Shown here: one piece after another, positions 10,121-20,427 of the stretch
Layout: each line of letters begins with the position of its first letter
Numbering within the stretch: position 1 is the stretch's first letter
IMG/VR virus record: IMGVR_UViG_3300018481_000022
Span: 858 to 64,857 of that record
Length of the DNA: 64,000 nt
Origin: a virus
Lineage: Duplodnaviria; Caudoviricetes
Reading direction: 5' to 3' (one strand)
Made by a program: the position numbers and the translations under genes
Notes under the pieces: generated by a model
What the model was told of the DNA's origin: nothing
Databases searched by the model: none
Seen by the model: only the letters and a program-made list of their open reading frames with translations

Positions 10121-12487
10121 TCACGCACCTCCGACCGGCGCCGCACCGTGCTCGACCAAGGCTCGCCGTTGCCATGGGGTCGCCTTGAAGCCCGCCCGAT
10201 CCTGTATCTCTTGCTTGTGCTTGGCCGTCGCCTTCGCGACCGTCTTGCCGTCGACGCACACCTTGCTTTCGACGTTGATCTCTTTCGGCATGTTGGCGCC
10301 AACCGCCGCACCGACTTGCATCGCGAGCGCTTCGTTCGCAGCGTCATCAATCGCCTTCTGACTGACCGTCGTGTCGATCGCTTCTTCCGCGATCTTCTTC
10401 TCGGGCGGAAGCCCGCGCTCGACCCCGACCTGTATACGGAACTCTTCTTCGCCGAACTCTTTCATTTTCTTGCCGAAGTCGAGGCCCACAAGATCGGCCA
10501 TGAACCCCACGCCATAGGCGATATTTTTGATGAAGTTCACGACCGACTCGATCACGCTTAGAATCAGGCTCTTGATCTTTGTCATGACGCCGCTAACGAG
10601 GTCGAGAAGCCACGTGAACACAACTCCGATACCCGACACGACCGCGCCGACAAGAAAGCCAATGACCGACCACACGACGCGCCAGACGGGCGCGAGAGCC
10701 TGCACGCCCTGAATGATGCCGCCGAAGAGATCACCGAGCGTCATCTTCGTATTGTCGACGAATTCAAGGATCTTCTCGTAGACGTGCTCGAAGACGACGG
10801 TGAAGTACGAAAAGCCGTCGATAAACGGCTGAATCGCATTCGTCATGATCCATTCGAAGCCCGTAACGATACCGTCGACGATGCGCGTGAACGTCTCTGA
10901 CACCGACTCACCGTCGCGACGGATCAGCATGAACCCGCCGACGACAATCGCGATCGCCGCGAGCACCGGGCCACTGAAGACCGCGCCGATGACGGTGCCG
11001 ATCGCGGTGAACGCAGGAACTAGAACGCTCGAAATGAAGAGCGCCACGCCGCCGAACGCGATAAGGATCGGAGCGATCGCGCCCGCCACGATGAAGGCAA
11101 TCGTGGCGATCTTCGAGAACTGTTGAATCATCTCTTCAGACTGACCGCCCGTGAACTTCGCGATCGTCTCTTCAAACTCTGTCTTCAGGTAGCGCCACGC
11201 TTCGAGCACCGTGTCGATGCCCTCTTTCATGCCCTTGGCGATCGCGACGATCGTGCTTCCCGCCGTCTGCGATGTCTCTTCGGTCAAGCCCGTCTCGCTA
11301 TTCAGCTCTTGCATGACGAGAACGAGGTTCTGAATCATGTTCGTATACGAATCGAGCGACTCTTTCCCGAAATCCAAAAACAGGCCGGCCGTTTCGAGTG
11401 CGAGCCCTTCGACCGCGCCCGATAGCTGTTCGATCGCGCCAGCGAAGTTGTCGAGCCGCATGGCGGCCATTTTTTCCGCGTAGCCTTGCGCATTGCGCAG
11501 CTGATCGACCAGCGTGTCAACCTTGCCGGTGTCGATCGCCGTTTGCATCGACGTAAACGCCTTCTGACCGCGCACGCCGAAGAGCTCGGTCACGACGGCC
11601 GCGCGTTCCATGACGTCAGGAATCACCTTCACCTTCGCGTCGATTTGCTTGAAGACGTCGACGATGTCGAGGCCGCCGTCAGCCGTCTTCGTGAACTCGA
11701 TCCCCATCTTTTCGAGAATCGCCGTTCCTTCCTTCGTCGGCTTCGTCAGCGCGACGAGCGCTTGCGTGAACGCCGTTCCGCCAAGAGAACCTTTCAGGCC
11801 CGCGTCTGCGACGAGGCCCAAGACGGCCGCCGTCGTTTCGAGGTCGATGCCCATCGTTTTCGCTTGGGGCGCCGCATACGTCATCGCCTCGCCCAAGCCT
11901 AGAATGCTTGTGCTCGTCTTCGCGCTCGTCGCCGCAAGCACGTCAGCCACGCGCGCCGCGTCAGTCGCGGGTAGGTTCAGCGCCTTCAGCGTGTTCGAGA
12001 CAATGTCAGCGGCCTGCGACAGCTCGATCCCGTCGGCCGCCGCCGCGCTAAGCACCGGCCCGAGCGCGTCGATCGATTCCTTGGCGGTGAACCCACCGAG
12101 CGCCAAGAGTTCGAGCCCTTGCGCGGCCTGCGTCGCGCTGAACGCCGTCGAGGCGCCCTGTTTCTTGGCTTCCTTTTCAAGTGCGGCCATCTCTTCGGTC
12201 GTCGCGTCTGCGATCGCCGCTACCGCTGACATCTGCTTTTCGAAGTCGACAGCCGTCTTGAAGCCGAAGCCAAGCGCCGCCGACACGGGCAAGGCCGCGA
12301 TCCCAAGGCCGCCCATCGCGCCGGCCAATTGAGTCATACCTTGCCCGACCGACTTGACGACGTTCGTGATCGCGTTGAACTGACCCGTGAACTTCTCGGC
12401 CGCGCTTCCCGCCGTGCGCATGCCGGTCACGGCCTGCTTTTCGTCGAAGGTTAGAACGCCACCGAGTCCAACATTTTCAAGTGCCAC
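10121..12487 (-). CDS. Tail tape measure protein (TP901-type core)
   Basis: FEKQMSAVAAI, STAFSATQAAQG, LKGSLGGTA, LFGVRG motifs; hydrophobic C-terminal segments. Confidence 0.95.
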   Translation of the reverse strand: MALENVGLGGVLTFDEKQAVTGMRTAGSAAEKFTGQFNAITNVVKSVGQGMTQLAGAMGGLGIAALPVSAALGFGFKTAVDFEKQMSAVAAIADATTEEMAALEKEAKKQGASTAFSATQAAQGLELLALGGFTAKESIDALGPVLSAAAADGIELSQAADIVSNTLKALNLPATDAARVADVLAATSAKTSTSILGLGEAMTYAAPQAKTMGIDLETTAAVLGLVADAGLKGSLGGTAFTQALVALTKPTKEGTAILEKMGIEFTKTADGGLDIVDVFKQIDAKVKVIPDVMERAAVVTELFGVRGQKAFTSMQTAIDTGKVDTLVDQLRNAQGYAEKMAAMRLDNFAGAIEQLSGAVEGLALETAGLFLDFGKESLDSYTNMIQNLVLVMQELNSETGLTEETSQTAGSTIVAIAKGMKEGIDTVLEAWRYLKTEFEETIAKFTGGQSEEMIQQFSKIATIAFIVAGAIAPILIAFGGVALFISSVLVPAFTAIGTVIGAVFSGPVLAAIAIVVGGFMLIRRDGESVSETFTRIVDGIVTGFEWIMTNAIQPFIDGFSYFTVVFEHVYEKILEFVDNTKMTLGDLFGGIIQGVQALAPVWRVVWSVIGFLVGAVVSGIGVVFTWLLDLVSGVMTKIKSLILSVIESVVNFIKNIAYGVGFMADLVGLDFGKKMKEFGEEEFRIQVGVERGLPPEKKIAEEAIDTTVSQKAIDDAANEALAMQVGAAVGANMPKEINVESKVCVDGKTVAKATAKHKQEIQDRAGFKATPWQRRALVEHGAAPVGGA

Positions 12488-12491
12488 GTTG

Positions 12492-12737
12492 TCACCTCCG
12501 ACGCCGCCCGATGCCCTTCTTCTGGCCCTTGTGCGCGTTCTTCATGGCTTCGGCTTCGTCTGCCTTCTGTTTCGAAATCCGCTTCAGGTGCCACAACCGC
12601 TCTGAAGCTTCCATCTCTTCGACGTCCCGGTACGTGATGCCCCCTTCTGAAAAGTAGTACAGAGCGAAGGTCTGCTCTCGGAGGTCATCAAGTTGCGTTA
12701 CCGGGAAGAAGCGCCGAAAAAACTTTTGTACGCCCAA
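12492..12737 (-). CDS. Tail assembly chaperone, -1 frameshifted C-terminal extension (GT-like)
   Basis: In the -1 frame of the upstream chaperone and overlapping it at a T TTT TTC heptamer; directly precedes the tape measure gene. Confidence 0.75.
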   Translation of the reverse strand: MGVQKFFRRFFPVTQLDDLREQTFALYYFSEGGITYRDVEEMEASERLWHLKRISKQKADEAEAMKNAHKGQKKGIGRRRR

Positions 12738-13597
12738 TCGATCGGTAACTTGAACTCATGCCCGCCGCGCTTGAAGCGCGTGCACACCGCCGGCTCGCAC
12801 TTGCCTTCGAGGCCCATCTTCGGGCCCAGAAAGTTCTTGTTCAGCCCCTCTTGCATGCTCTCGAAGTCGCGCTTCGACAGCTCGTCAATCTCGTTCAGCG
12901 TGAGCGACACCGGGGTCTGATCGTCATTCAGACCGACGATCGCGCCCTGAAGCGCAAGCGCCTTGATCTCTGCCTCGTTCGTGTTCCCGCGCGCCTGTTC
13001 GAGCACCGACCACTTCGGATAAGCCATCTGAAAGTGCGTCACCGTCTGGCGCCTGATCGCGATCGGATCTTCGAGGTCGTAGCGCCACAGGATCGCGTCG
13101 ATGTCTTCGACCGTCACGACGTCAATCGTCGTCAGGTCGCCCGTGTATGGAAACTCGACGTTGCAACCAGCCCGCGGGCAACGTACCTGAAGCTTCAGCT
13201 TCGGCCCCATCGTCTTCGAGCGAAGCAGCGTGTAGACGTAGAACACGTCGGCCATGTACATCGTTGACAGAATTACCGACTTGTTCGCGTCGTCGAGCGC
13301 ATCCATGTTGTGCGGCCCGAGTCGAGAGCACATGTTCGCGACGACGAGCGGAACGTGTTCGACGAGCCCGGTGTCGGGCGCGATCCGTTTTCCAAGCTCG
13401 CGGTCGTCACGCGTCTTCCAGACCTTCGTGACAAGGTCTTTATGTAGGCGTCCGTCGCCGTCGAGAATCCCGATGGGTAGCTTGTCGCCGTATTCCCCCA
13501 TACAGGTAGTTGTGCGTTGTGGCCCTGACGGCTTCTCGCCCGCTGGCGCCTCGCTAACGTCGCCGCCCCTTGAAACCCTACGTTGTGCCTGTGTCAT
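12698..13597 (-). CDS. Tail assembly chaperone (G-like)
   Basis: Between tube and tape measure genes; LP.G...G, L...D motifs, two CxxxxC clusters. Confidence 0.75.
   Translation of the reverse strand: MTQAQRRVSRGGDVSEAPAGEKPSGPQRTTTCMGEYGDKLPIGILDGDGRLHKDLVTKVWKTRDDRELGKRIAPDTGLVEHVPLVVANMCSRLGPHNMDALDDANKSVILSTMYMADVFYVYTLLRSKTMGPKLKLQVRCPRAGCNVEFPYTGDLTTIDVVTVEDIDAILWRYDLEDPIAIRRQTVTHFQMAYPKWSVLEQARGNTNEAEIKALALQGAIVGLNDDQTPVSLTLNEIDELSKRDFESMQEGLNKNFLGPKMGLEGKCEPAVCTRFKRGGHEFKLPIDWAYKSFFGASSR
12716..12722 (-). other. Programmed -1 ribosomal frameshift slippery site T TTT TTC
   Basis: Minus strand AAA AGT TTT TTC GGC; a -1 slip enters the 12492-12737 frame. Confidence 0.75.
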
Positions 13598-13722
13598 CGT
13601 TCACGGCCCCTTCAATCGGCCCTGTGGGCCTTGATAGGTCAACCAGACTGCATTCAGCGAGGCCGTCACGTCGTAAGCGTGAAGAAGCTTCTTTCGCTTC
13701 GGCCCCTATGTCGTGCCTCGCC

Positions 13723-14160
13723 CTACAGTGGCAATACGTCGTCGGCCGAAAACGTCCATTCGACCTGCGCAAGTTCGCCGTCGTTCATCTGTTCGAGGTC
13801 GGGAAGCTTGCGCTTCTTCGGGAACACGCCCGCGAGCGAGAACGTGCGGGTCAGGTTGCCCGAAAGGCTCTCATGCGTCAGCGTGCAAGGCTTCTTGTAG
13901 ATCGGGCTGACCGGGTCTTGTGACTCGCGAAACCAAATTTCGAGCGCCGCTTGTTCGGCCGAATGATGAAGCGGCACCATCGCCGTAAATTCGGTCGCCT
14001 TGCGATTGCCGCCGCTGGCGACCGTGCGATCGGGTAGCTCGGTTGTAATGAGCTCGTCTTCGATGCCTGACACCTCGGTCGCCGTGATCGGAATCAGACC
14101 GATGATCGCGAAGGTGTACTTGTTGACCGGCATGTGGTCGGGCTGTATCTCACCTTTCAT
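13723..14160 (-). CDS. Tail tube protein (T4 gp19-like)
   Basis: KYTF.I.G....EVSG, W......V.P.K...DL; follows the sheath gene. Confidence 0.85.
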   Translation of the reverse strand: MKGEIQPDHMPVNKYTFAIIGLIPITATEVSGIEDELITTELPDRTVASGGNRKATEFTAMVPLHHSAEQAALEIWFRESQDPVSPIYKKPCTLTHESLSGNLTRTFSLAGVFPKKRKLPDLEQMNDGELAQVEWTFSADDVLPL

Positions 14161-14196
14161 GACATGTCCTTTCTTGGGTTGGGGTTGATCTTCCGA

Positions 14197-14640
14197 CTAC
14201 GGCTCGACCGTCACTGGTTTCAACCGCACCGTCCCGACCGCATTCGTCGCGCCCGTCGCGACCGCGGTCACACTGAGCTGAACGAGGTCGCCCGGTTCGA
14301 TCGGCAAGTTGATCGCAAGGCCCTTCGAGGTGCCATCGAGTTCGGCGTTTCCGATCGTCAGCGTCGCCTTCGAGACACTGTTGACGAGCACCGCGAAAGT
14401 CGTTGCGCCGGCCGTGCCCGTCACGCCTACCTTCGCGTAGACGTTGGCGAGCGTCGTCGGTGAGTCGGCGAGTAGCGTCGCCTTGATGCCGACGACGGGC
14501 GTCGCTTCGGCATATGGCAACGTTTCGCCAGACGACGCGGCCAGCGCCTGCAAGACGTCCATAAGGTTGTCTGCCCCGTGCGAGTCGTCGAAGAAGGCGC
14601 CCGCTTCGCCCAAGGATCGCTTCAGTGTAGCTCTCGACAT
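14197..14640 (-). CDS. Hypothetical beta-rich virion protein between sheath and tube
   Basis: Good RBS (GGAAGGGA), Thr/Ala/Gly-rich beta-sandwich-like sequence. Confidence 0.55.
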   Translation of the reverse strand: MSRATLKRSLGEAGAFFDDSHGADNLMDVLQALAASSGETLPYAEATPVVGIKATLLADSPTTLANVYAKVGVTGTAGATTFAVLVNSVSKATLTIGNAELDGTSKGLAINLPIEPGDLVQLSVTAVATGATNAVGTVRLKPVTVEP

Positions 14641-14704
14641 GATCTATTTCCCTTCCGTTGGCGCGCGAGCGCCGTTGCCTCGTTGTCGTCCCGGTGTCCG
14701 CTCG

Positions 14705-17002
14705 TCACGCCACAGCTTCGAAGATGCCCTGTTTCCCGATCTTGATTATGAAGCGCTCGACCGTGTCGCTAAGTCGAAGGCTAACCTGCGCATACTTCTC
14801 CGCATTCTGACGCGTAACGTCGGTGTTGATCTCTTCGTCGACCTTGATGATCGCGGCTTGTTGAAACGTCTTCCCGCGCAGGGCGCGCTTGACGAACTCG
14901 GGCATGAAGAACGTGATCAGCGCCGTTTCGGCTTGCTTGTCGCTGATCTGATCGTTGATCGCGAAAATGATGAAGTCGAACGACGATTCGAGCACCTGTT
15001 CATAGTACGACATCTGCTCTCGCTGATGCTTGAAGCGCCAGCTCGGGTCACGATGCAACGTGCGGTCGCCCCAAATGACGAAGTTGCCTTGCTTCTTCTT
15101 GATGGCTGCGATTCCCGTCGGGTTCAGCAACTCTTCATTCAGCCGGCGATCGCCCGTCGGCACCTTCAGCAAGCGCGGCAACGTCGCATCGACGCCCGCT
15201 TCTGCCTTGTGATAGCCGTCGTAATCGACCGCGATCCGCGCCTCGCGCCCGTGAATCATGCCCGTCACAGGAATCAGCTTCAGCCGACCTTCACGCGCGA
15301 ACGCTGGATCGGGGTCTGGCACATAGCCGTAGGACGGCCATGCAAGCACAGCGTAGTCGGAGCGCCCTAGCGTGTCGTTGACAAGCGACAGAACCGATTG
15401 CTCGCTCGTCATGTCCGAAGGCGCCTCGTAGCGGTATTGATGATTCTTGGCTTCAGCGAACGCCGTGCCCGCCTTCTGTACAGCGGTTGACGACACACTC
15501 GGAGTCGCAAACTTCACGAGCCCGAGATTCTTGCCCGCAATGTCATTGAACGGGCTCGTGTCGATATCCCACGCCTTTTGTTCGTAGTCGGCGTCGATGA
15601 CGTCAGCGTTCCCGTCTGCGCCCCCTTCGAGCTCTATCGGCGCCGCGACCAAGAACTCGTCGCCCGCTTCCGCGAACGTGCTCAGGTCGACGCCCGGGGC
15701 GACCGTGATCGAGTTGTAGGTGTTCGCGACGATTCGGAAGCCGTCGAGCTTATGTTCAGGCTTATTCGGGAACAGCAAGCCCCCGATCAGCGAGTCCTTG
15801 GCAATCGGCTTGAAGTGAATTGCGATCTGGTCGGCCGCGACAAGCGGCACCGCGCCCGCCGTCACCGTGAACGTCGGGATCCACTTGTTTAGCGTCTCGT
15901 AGGCCGTGCCAAGCGTCACGACATCAGGTAGCGTCCCGAAACGCGCCGACTCGATCGTGCCCGACGTCGCACTCGTCATCGTGATCGTCAGCGTGTCAGG
16001 AAGCTGACCGTCGACCGGCTCGACCTCGATCGTCGGATTGGCGCCCGTCGGGCTGTCGACCGCGAGCCCGGCGACTTCCGCCGTCAACACGCTTGCCGTC
16101 ACCGTCTCGGCCTTCCCGTAGATGTTCGCGGGGCGAATGCTCGCCGTGTGCGCACCGTTCCACAGGTCTTCGGCCTTCACGTAGTAGTTCGAGTCGTCGT
16201 TGTTGATCACGTTGACCCAATACCGCGCGTTCATCGGGTCGGTGTGCAGGTTGCCCCACTTCTTGACCGACGCGCCGTCGACGAACACCTGAAGCGAAAA
16301 CTCGGAGTCGGGCGAATCCTCACCATCGCCGATGCGATACGACACCGCCTTGTTCTCGTTTTCAAGCACGATGAAGAAGCGGAGCTCGGCCCCCGTCGCC
16401 GCGTTGTAGTCGTCAAGCATCTTCTGGTCGCTCGCGACCGTCACGAGCCCCGTGTCGCTGCTACCGATGATCGGATAGCGCTTGTTTGGCACGTCCAAAA
16501 GTTCGACATATCCGCCTCGGAAACGGTCGGTCGCGTAGTCTTCCGCGATCGCGACGGGCAGCTGCAAGGTCGTGTTCGCGAGGTCATCGATCGCGTCGAG
16601 CTCCTGCGACACGTAAATCTGTTTCCCGCCCCATCGCCCGCCGTTGTGCGCGCGCAGCATGCCCATGGGGGTTGGCGTCTTCGCGTTGCGCGCATACAGC
16701 GTAGCGCTCGCCGACACTTCGTTTCCGTCGGTCACGCGCACAAGCGCAAGCCCGCCCGCACCGTTCGCAAGATTGAAGTAGTCTTGCGCACAATCGGGAA
16801 GCATGCTGTCCGGAATCACGCTTCCGGTGCGCGCGATCAGCTCGGTCTTCGAGCTGATCAACATGAGCTCGCCGACCGGGCCCTTTTCCATGATGCCGGC
16901 ATAACCTGCCCATCCGAGAGCGCCGGGCGAGATGGTCTTGTCGCCCTCTTGCTCTTCGATCACCGTGCCAGCGCCACGAGTCGGGCCAAATCGCTTTACC
17001 AT
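14705..17002 (-). CDS. Tail sheath protein
   Basis: G..IEE, KGPVG, YAVL.WP, LN..GI, IWGDRTL, AIND, VERFII..; 765 aa with insertion domains. Confidence 0.95.
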   Translation of the reverse strand: MVKRFGPTRGAGTVIEEQEGDKTISPGALGWAGYAGIMEKGPVGELMLISSKTELIARTGSVIPDSMLPDCAQDYFNLANGAGGLALVRVTDGNEVSASATLYARNAKTPTPMGMLRAHNGGRWGGKQIYVSQELDAIDDLANTTLQLPVAIAEDYATDRFRGGYVELLDVPNKRYPIIGSSDTGLVTVASDQKMLDDYNAATGAELRFFIVLENENKAVSYRIGDGEDSPDSEFSLQVFVDGASVKKWGNLHTDPMNARYWVNVINNDDSNYYVKAEDLWNGAHTASIRPANIYGKAETVTASVLTAEVAGLAVDSPTGANPTIEVEPVDGQLPDTLTITMTSATSGTIESARFGTLPDVVTLGTAYETLNKWIPTFTVTAGAVPLVAADQIAIHFKPIAKDSLIGGLLFPNKPEHKLDGFRIVANTYNSITVAPGVDLSTFAEAGDEFLVAAPIELEGGADGNADVIDADYEQKAWDIDTSPFNDIAGKNLGLVKFATPSVSSTAVQKAGTAFAEAKNHQYRYEAPSDMTSEQSVLSLVNDTLGRSDYAVLAWPSYGYVPDPDPAFAREGRLKLIPVTGMIHGREARIAVDYDGYHKAEAGVDATLPRLLKVPTGDRRLNEELLNPTGIAAIKKKQGNFVIWGDRTLHRDPSWRFKHQREQMSYYEQVLESSFDFIIFAINDQISDKQAETALITFFMPEFVKRALRGKTFQQAAIIKVDEEINTDVTRQNAEKYAQVSLRLSDTVERFIIKIGKQGIFEAVA

Positions 17003-17017
17003 GTGTGATCCTCCTGT

Positions 17018-18262
17018 TTAGGGAACTTCGATATTCGGGCCGCCAGTCACTGCGAAGCGCGAAACCCCTGTGATCGGCCGGGCGTCTTCGGGATAGAATA
17101 CAGCGTTCAAGATTCGCGCCTGAAGCCTCGCGCTGAAGGTCTCTTTCAGCGAGAGCGCGAACCCGCTGGCGTCATAGGCCGTGTCGGACGAAAGCGGATA
17201 GAACTCGTCTTGACCGCGCGAATGCAACGAAGACACGTTCGCAAAGAAGCGCGAGATTTCTTCGTTCATCGCGTGAAGTTCGCGCGCACTCGACGCAATG
17301 AGCTGCAACGGTAGTCGGATGTCGGCCTGAAAACCTTCTTCGAAGGCGAACCCCTGCCCCGTGCCCTTATTCAGCACGTAGGGCCGCACGCGGATCATGC
17401 GCCGTCGCTGAAGCTCGATCGCCGTGACAACCACGGCCGGGATTTTCGCGATCTCTGTATAATCTTGCGACTGCGTCAGAACCACGTGCGGGCGCCACGC
17501 GAACCGCACTTCGATCCGATCGCCGACCGGCTGAGCCGGAAGCGAAAGAAGCTTTCCGGGCACATCGTAGGCCCACCCCAACACGGGCGCCATGCGCATC
17601 GGGTCGGTCGTCTTGTTGTACACCGAGTCGACGTCGACGATGTCGTACGGAACCTGAAGCGTGTTCAAATCGATCGTCGCCTGCCCGACCGAGTCGAATT
17701 CAAGGATCGAGATTGGCCGCATGCGCTGACGAAGCTCGTCGATGAATGAGCGCACGACGTAGTCTTCGAGCGACACAAGGTCTGTCTCGTACAGAAGCCG
17801 AACTTCGTTCACATGCGGCGTGACTTGCGGGTCAGTCGTGCTCAGGTTGATCACGAGCCCGAGCGCCTGCGTCGGCCAAGTCGCGATGTGATCCGCGACC
17901 TCTTGCTCGGTGTTCCAGTTGTTGGGCGACGCGACGACCCAATCGTTCGCTCCGACATTCCAATACCGCTCGACCGCCCCATCTGACAGCCGGTAGCGCA
18001 CGTCTGTCACGGGCACACCTCGCGATGTGTGCGTCGTCGAGATGGCCATAAACCCGCCCCACTTCCGGCACGCCGTCGGAGCGATCACGCGCGTTCGTGC
18101 GCACAAGTCGGGCGCCAGCGGGTAGGCCCCGTCGACCTCGACGTTCGCAAGTTCGAGCCGTTGACGTTGCACATGAAGCCGCACGCCCGTGAATTGCATC
18201 TCGGGGCGCGCCGCTTCTTCGAAGTGAAAAGCCTTCATCCACTTGCGATATCTTGGCATCAC
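17018..18262 (-). CDS. Probable tail terminator/completion protein with N-terminal extension
   Basis: Position between the gp10-like gene and the sheath; IPAVVV motif. Confidence 0.5.
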   Translation of the reverse strand: MMPRYRKWMKAFHFEEAARPEMQFTGVRLHVQRQRLELANVEVDGAYPLAPDLCARTRVIAPTACRKWGGFMAISTTHTSRGVPVTDVRYRLSDGAVERYWNVGANDWVVASPNNWNTEQEVADHIATWPTQALGLVINLSTTDPQVTPHVNEVRLLYETDLVSLEDYVVRSFIDELRQRMRPISILEFDSVGQATIDLNTLQVPYDIVDVDSVYNKTTDPMRMAPVLGWAYDVPGKLLSLPAQPVGDRIEVRFAWRPHVVLTQSQDYTEIAKIPAVVVTAIELQRRRMIRVRPYVLNKGTGQGFAFEEGFQADIRLPLQLIASSARELHAMNEEISRFFANVSSLHSRGQDEFYPLSSDTAYDASGFALSLKETFSARLQARILNAVFYPEDARPITGVSRFAVTGGPNIEVP

Positions 18263-18894
18263 TCGTCACCCTTCCCTTTTGCCGCGACCTCGCGAAACGA
18301 AGCTTCGAGCGCCTTCTTCCAGTTGTCGCGCACCTTCTTGATCATCTGTGTGTTCGCGAATGCGACCTTGAAGAACGGGCGCTCAGGAATCACGATCGCC
18401 TTCGTGTCGGCCGCAAGCGGCTTCCAACCCGTCTGCATTCGTTCGAAAAGTATCGCCGCGCGCCCCGTCAGCTTACCGGGGTCGAGTTCGCCCGAGCTCG
18501 CACGCCACAAGGCGAAGAACATGCCGCGCATCTCAGGTGTCACCGCGATCGTGACGCCTTCGTGCACGACGATCGCGATGTTGTACTTGTCTGACGTGCG
18601 AAGCACACCGACAAACACCGTAAAGTCGTCTTCGACCTGCGACGTGATCGATTGAAACAGAAGCCCGCTGTCGACGAGCGGCTTCTTGTCTTTTTTGATG
18701 GCCTGCGTCAGCTTCGCGTTTCGCTTCAGCTTGCCGCCGCCCTGCAAGGTCTTGCGCACGATCGCTTCGCCGATCTTGCCGTTCAGAGTCGTGGCGAGCC
18801 GAAGATTCTTACGCGATACCTTGTCGAAGCCGGGCGCGTCGAGGGCCATGCGCCAGCGCTTCAGGCCCTTGATCTTGAACTCGGTCTTGGCCAC
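18259..18894 (-). CDS. Neck/tail-completion protein (HK97 gp10/virion morphogenesis-like)
   Basis: PLVDSG.L.QSI, VHEG, IPERPFF motifs. Confidence 0.8.
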   Translation of the reverse strand: MAKTEFKIKGLKRWRMALDAPGFDKVSRKNLRLATTLNGKIGEAIVRKTLQGGGKLKRNAKLTQAIKKDKKPLVDSGLLFQSITSQVEDDFTVFVGVLRTSDKYNIAIVVHEGVTIAVTPEMRGMFFALWRASSGELDPGKLTGRAAILFERMQTGWKPLAADTKAIVIPERPFFKVAFANTQMIKKVRDNWKKALEASFREVAAKGKGDE

Positions 18895-18900
18895 AGCCGT

Positions 18901-19320
18901 CTATCCCCCGCGCTTCTGTCGCTCCGGTGCGCGGTCGCTGAAAAACGCTTTCACGAGCGACGGCCCATACTGATCGGGATAGTGGCCCTCGTAGCGAAGC
19001 TTGACGACGTAGACGTCGAGCGGAACCCGCGCGGCCCCTGCGCCGTAGCCGATGATCCGGTCGCCCACTCCGATCGTCTGCCCGAGCGCGCGCAAGTCGC
19101 GCATGCGGAAGAGCACGTAGCCGGTCGAGTATTCAAGCGCTCCGATTTCCTGCATGCGAAGTTCTTTGTCAGATGCCCACTTCCATTGACCGGGCGCTGT
19201 GTACGCTTCGCGATAGACGACTGTCTGAACCGGCTCGTTGTAGCCGTCGTCTTGAATGGTCGCCGCCCTGTCCACAGGTTGAACGTCGGTCGGCAAGGGG
19301 TGAATGAGATTTGGCAACAT
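18901..19320 (-). CDS. Head closure/head-tail adaptor protein
   Basis: Size, synteny, D.GYNEP and GDRI motifs. Confidence 0.6.
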   Translation of the reverse strand: MLPNLIHPLPTDVQPVDRAATIQDDGYNEPVQTVVYREAYTAPGQWKWASDKELRMQEIGALEYSTGYVLFRMRDLRALGQTIGVGDRIIGYGAGAARVPLDVYVVKLRYEGHYPDQYGPSLVKAFFSDRAPERQKRGG

Positions 19321-19323
19321 GCA

Positions 19324-20427
19324 TCACATCCATGTCGGATTCGGCGGCGTCGCCATGCCGATCGGCGCCTTGTACAGCTTCACGATCATCTGAACTTCGG
19401 GGTCGTCGATCAGCCCCGACAGGCCGGCGGCTCGCGGCTTCAGGTCGCCGCCCGCGGTCTGGTATTTGATCGAATGCCCGTCGGTCACCTCTTGCTGAAC
19501 GATGCCAGACGTGATCGGCGGCGGAATCAGCCCGGGCACTGAGCCCGGAACGATCGGCGTCGCCAGATCCTTCACGACGAGCTTCAGAAGAGCGCGCTGA
19601 ATCAAGAGCGGCGTCGAGCCGTCGGGTTCGACGTAGCCGAAGACCCCCTTGACGAACTGATTGTGTCTGCCCATGTGAAAGCGCGATCGGCCTTGACGAT
19701 CCGACGCCGTGTAGATGTCGCGATCGTAACTGAAGCTGTCGACCAGCTTGATCCGCGGGTTCTTGCGGTCGTCGGGTAGTTGCCGGCCCGTGTATGCGCG
19801 GTATCGCCCCGCTTCGAGCGGGGTGTCGTCGTTATTCAACCGAAGCTCTTCAATCGAAATGATCGGAACCGCGATGTGTAGCGTGTCGCTGTCGGTGCCG
19901 TCGAGGTGCATCTCGATCGCGATCGGCCGAAACCACTGACGCGTCACGCGTTCTAGCACTTGTTGCCACAGCTGGATCGACGCGAAGATCGTCGCATCGT
20001 CGGGCGGATCGGTGTTCACGCCCGCGGCGCGCACGTCGTCGACGCTGATGTACGTGTCGTCGGCGCCAAGCGAAGGCGAAGAGAGCACCTCGAACTCTTC
20101 GACGAAGAACTGTTCAGGGCTCGTCGTCTGGTATCGTGTGAACCAGCGAATCTCATACGTACCGACGAGCGCGTTCGATGGCACAGCATACACGGCCGCA
20201 TAGTGCCCGATTGCGATTCGGTCGCCGTCGGGCACAGGGTTCAGGTTGACGGCCTGTCGGCCCGAGCTCGGGTAAACCTGCATCGGCGTCGAAACCGACG
20301 TGATCTTCTCGAACACCTGAAACGACAGTTCGGTCACGTTGATCGGCGCGCCAAAACTGTCGCGCATGAAGACGTCGAGCTTCGGGTTCGAAGCGTTGCT
20401 CGTTTCACCTCGTGTCAGCGCTGGCAT
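19324..20427 (-). CDS. Head-tail connector with N-terminal Ig-like domain
   Basis: Y.SVDDVR, ER.T.QWF, DG.DSD.L, G.FGY....P..I..A, E..DG.S..Y patterns. Confidence 0.75.
   Translation of the reverse strand: MPALTRGETSNASNPKLDVFMRDSFGAPINVTELSFQVFEKITSVSTPMQVYPSSGRQAVNLNPVPDGDRIAIGHYAAVYAVPSNALVGTYEIRWFTRYQTTSPEQFFVEEFEVLSSPSLGADDTYISVDDVRAAGVNTDPPDDATIFASIQLWQQVLERVTRQWFRPIAIEMHLDGTDSDTLHIAVPIISIEELRLNNDDTPLEAGRYRAYTGRQLPDDRKNPRIKLVDSFSYDRDIYTASDRQGRSRFHMGRHNQFVKGVFGYVEPDGSTPLLIQRALLKLVVKDLATPIVPGSVPGLIPPPITSGIVQQEVTDGHSIKYQTAGGDLKPRAAGLSGLIDDPEVQMIVKLYKAPIGMATPPNPTWM

Noticed and set aside
4435-18262. Stand-alone tailocin or eCIS locus
   Set aside because: Terminase, portal, capsid, protease and integrase are in the same element.
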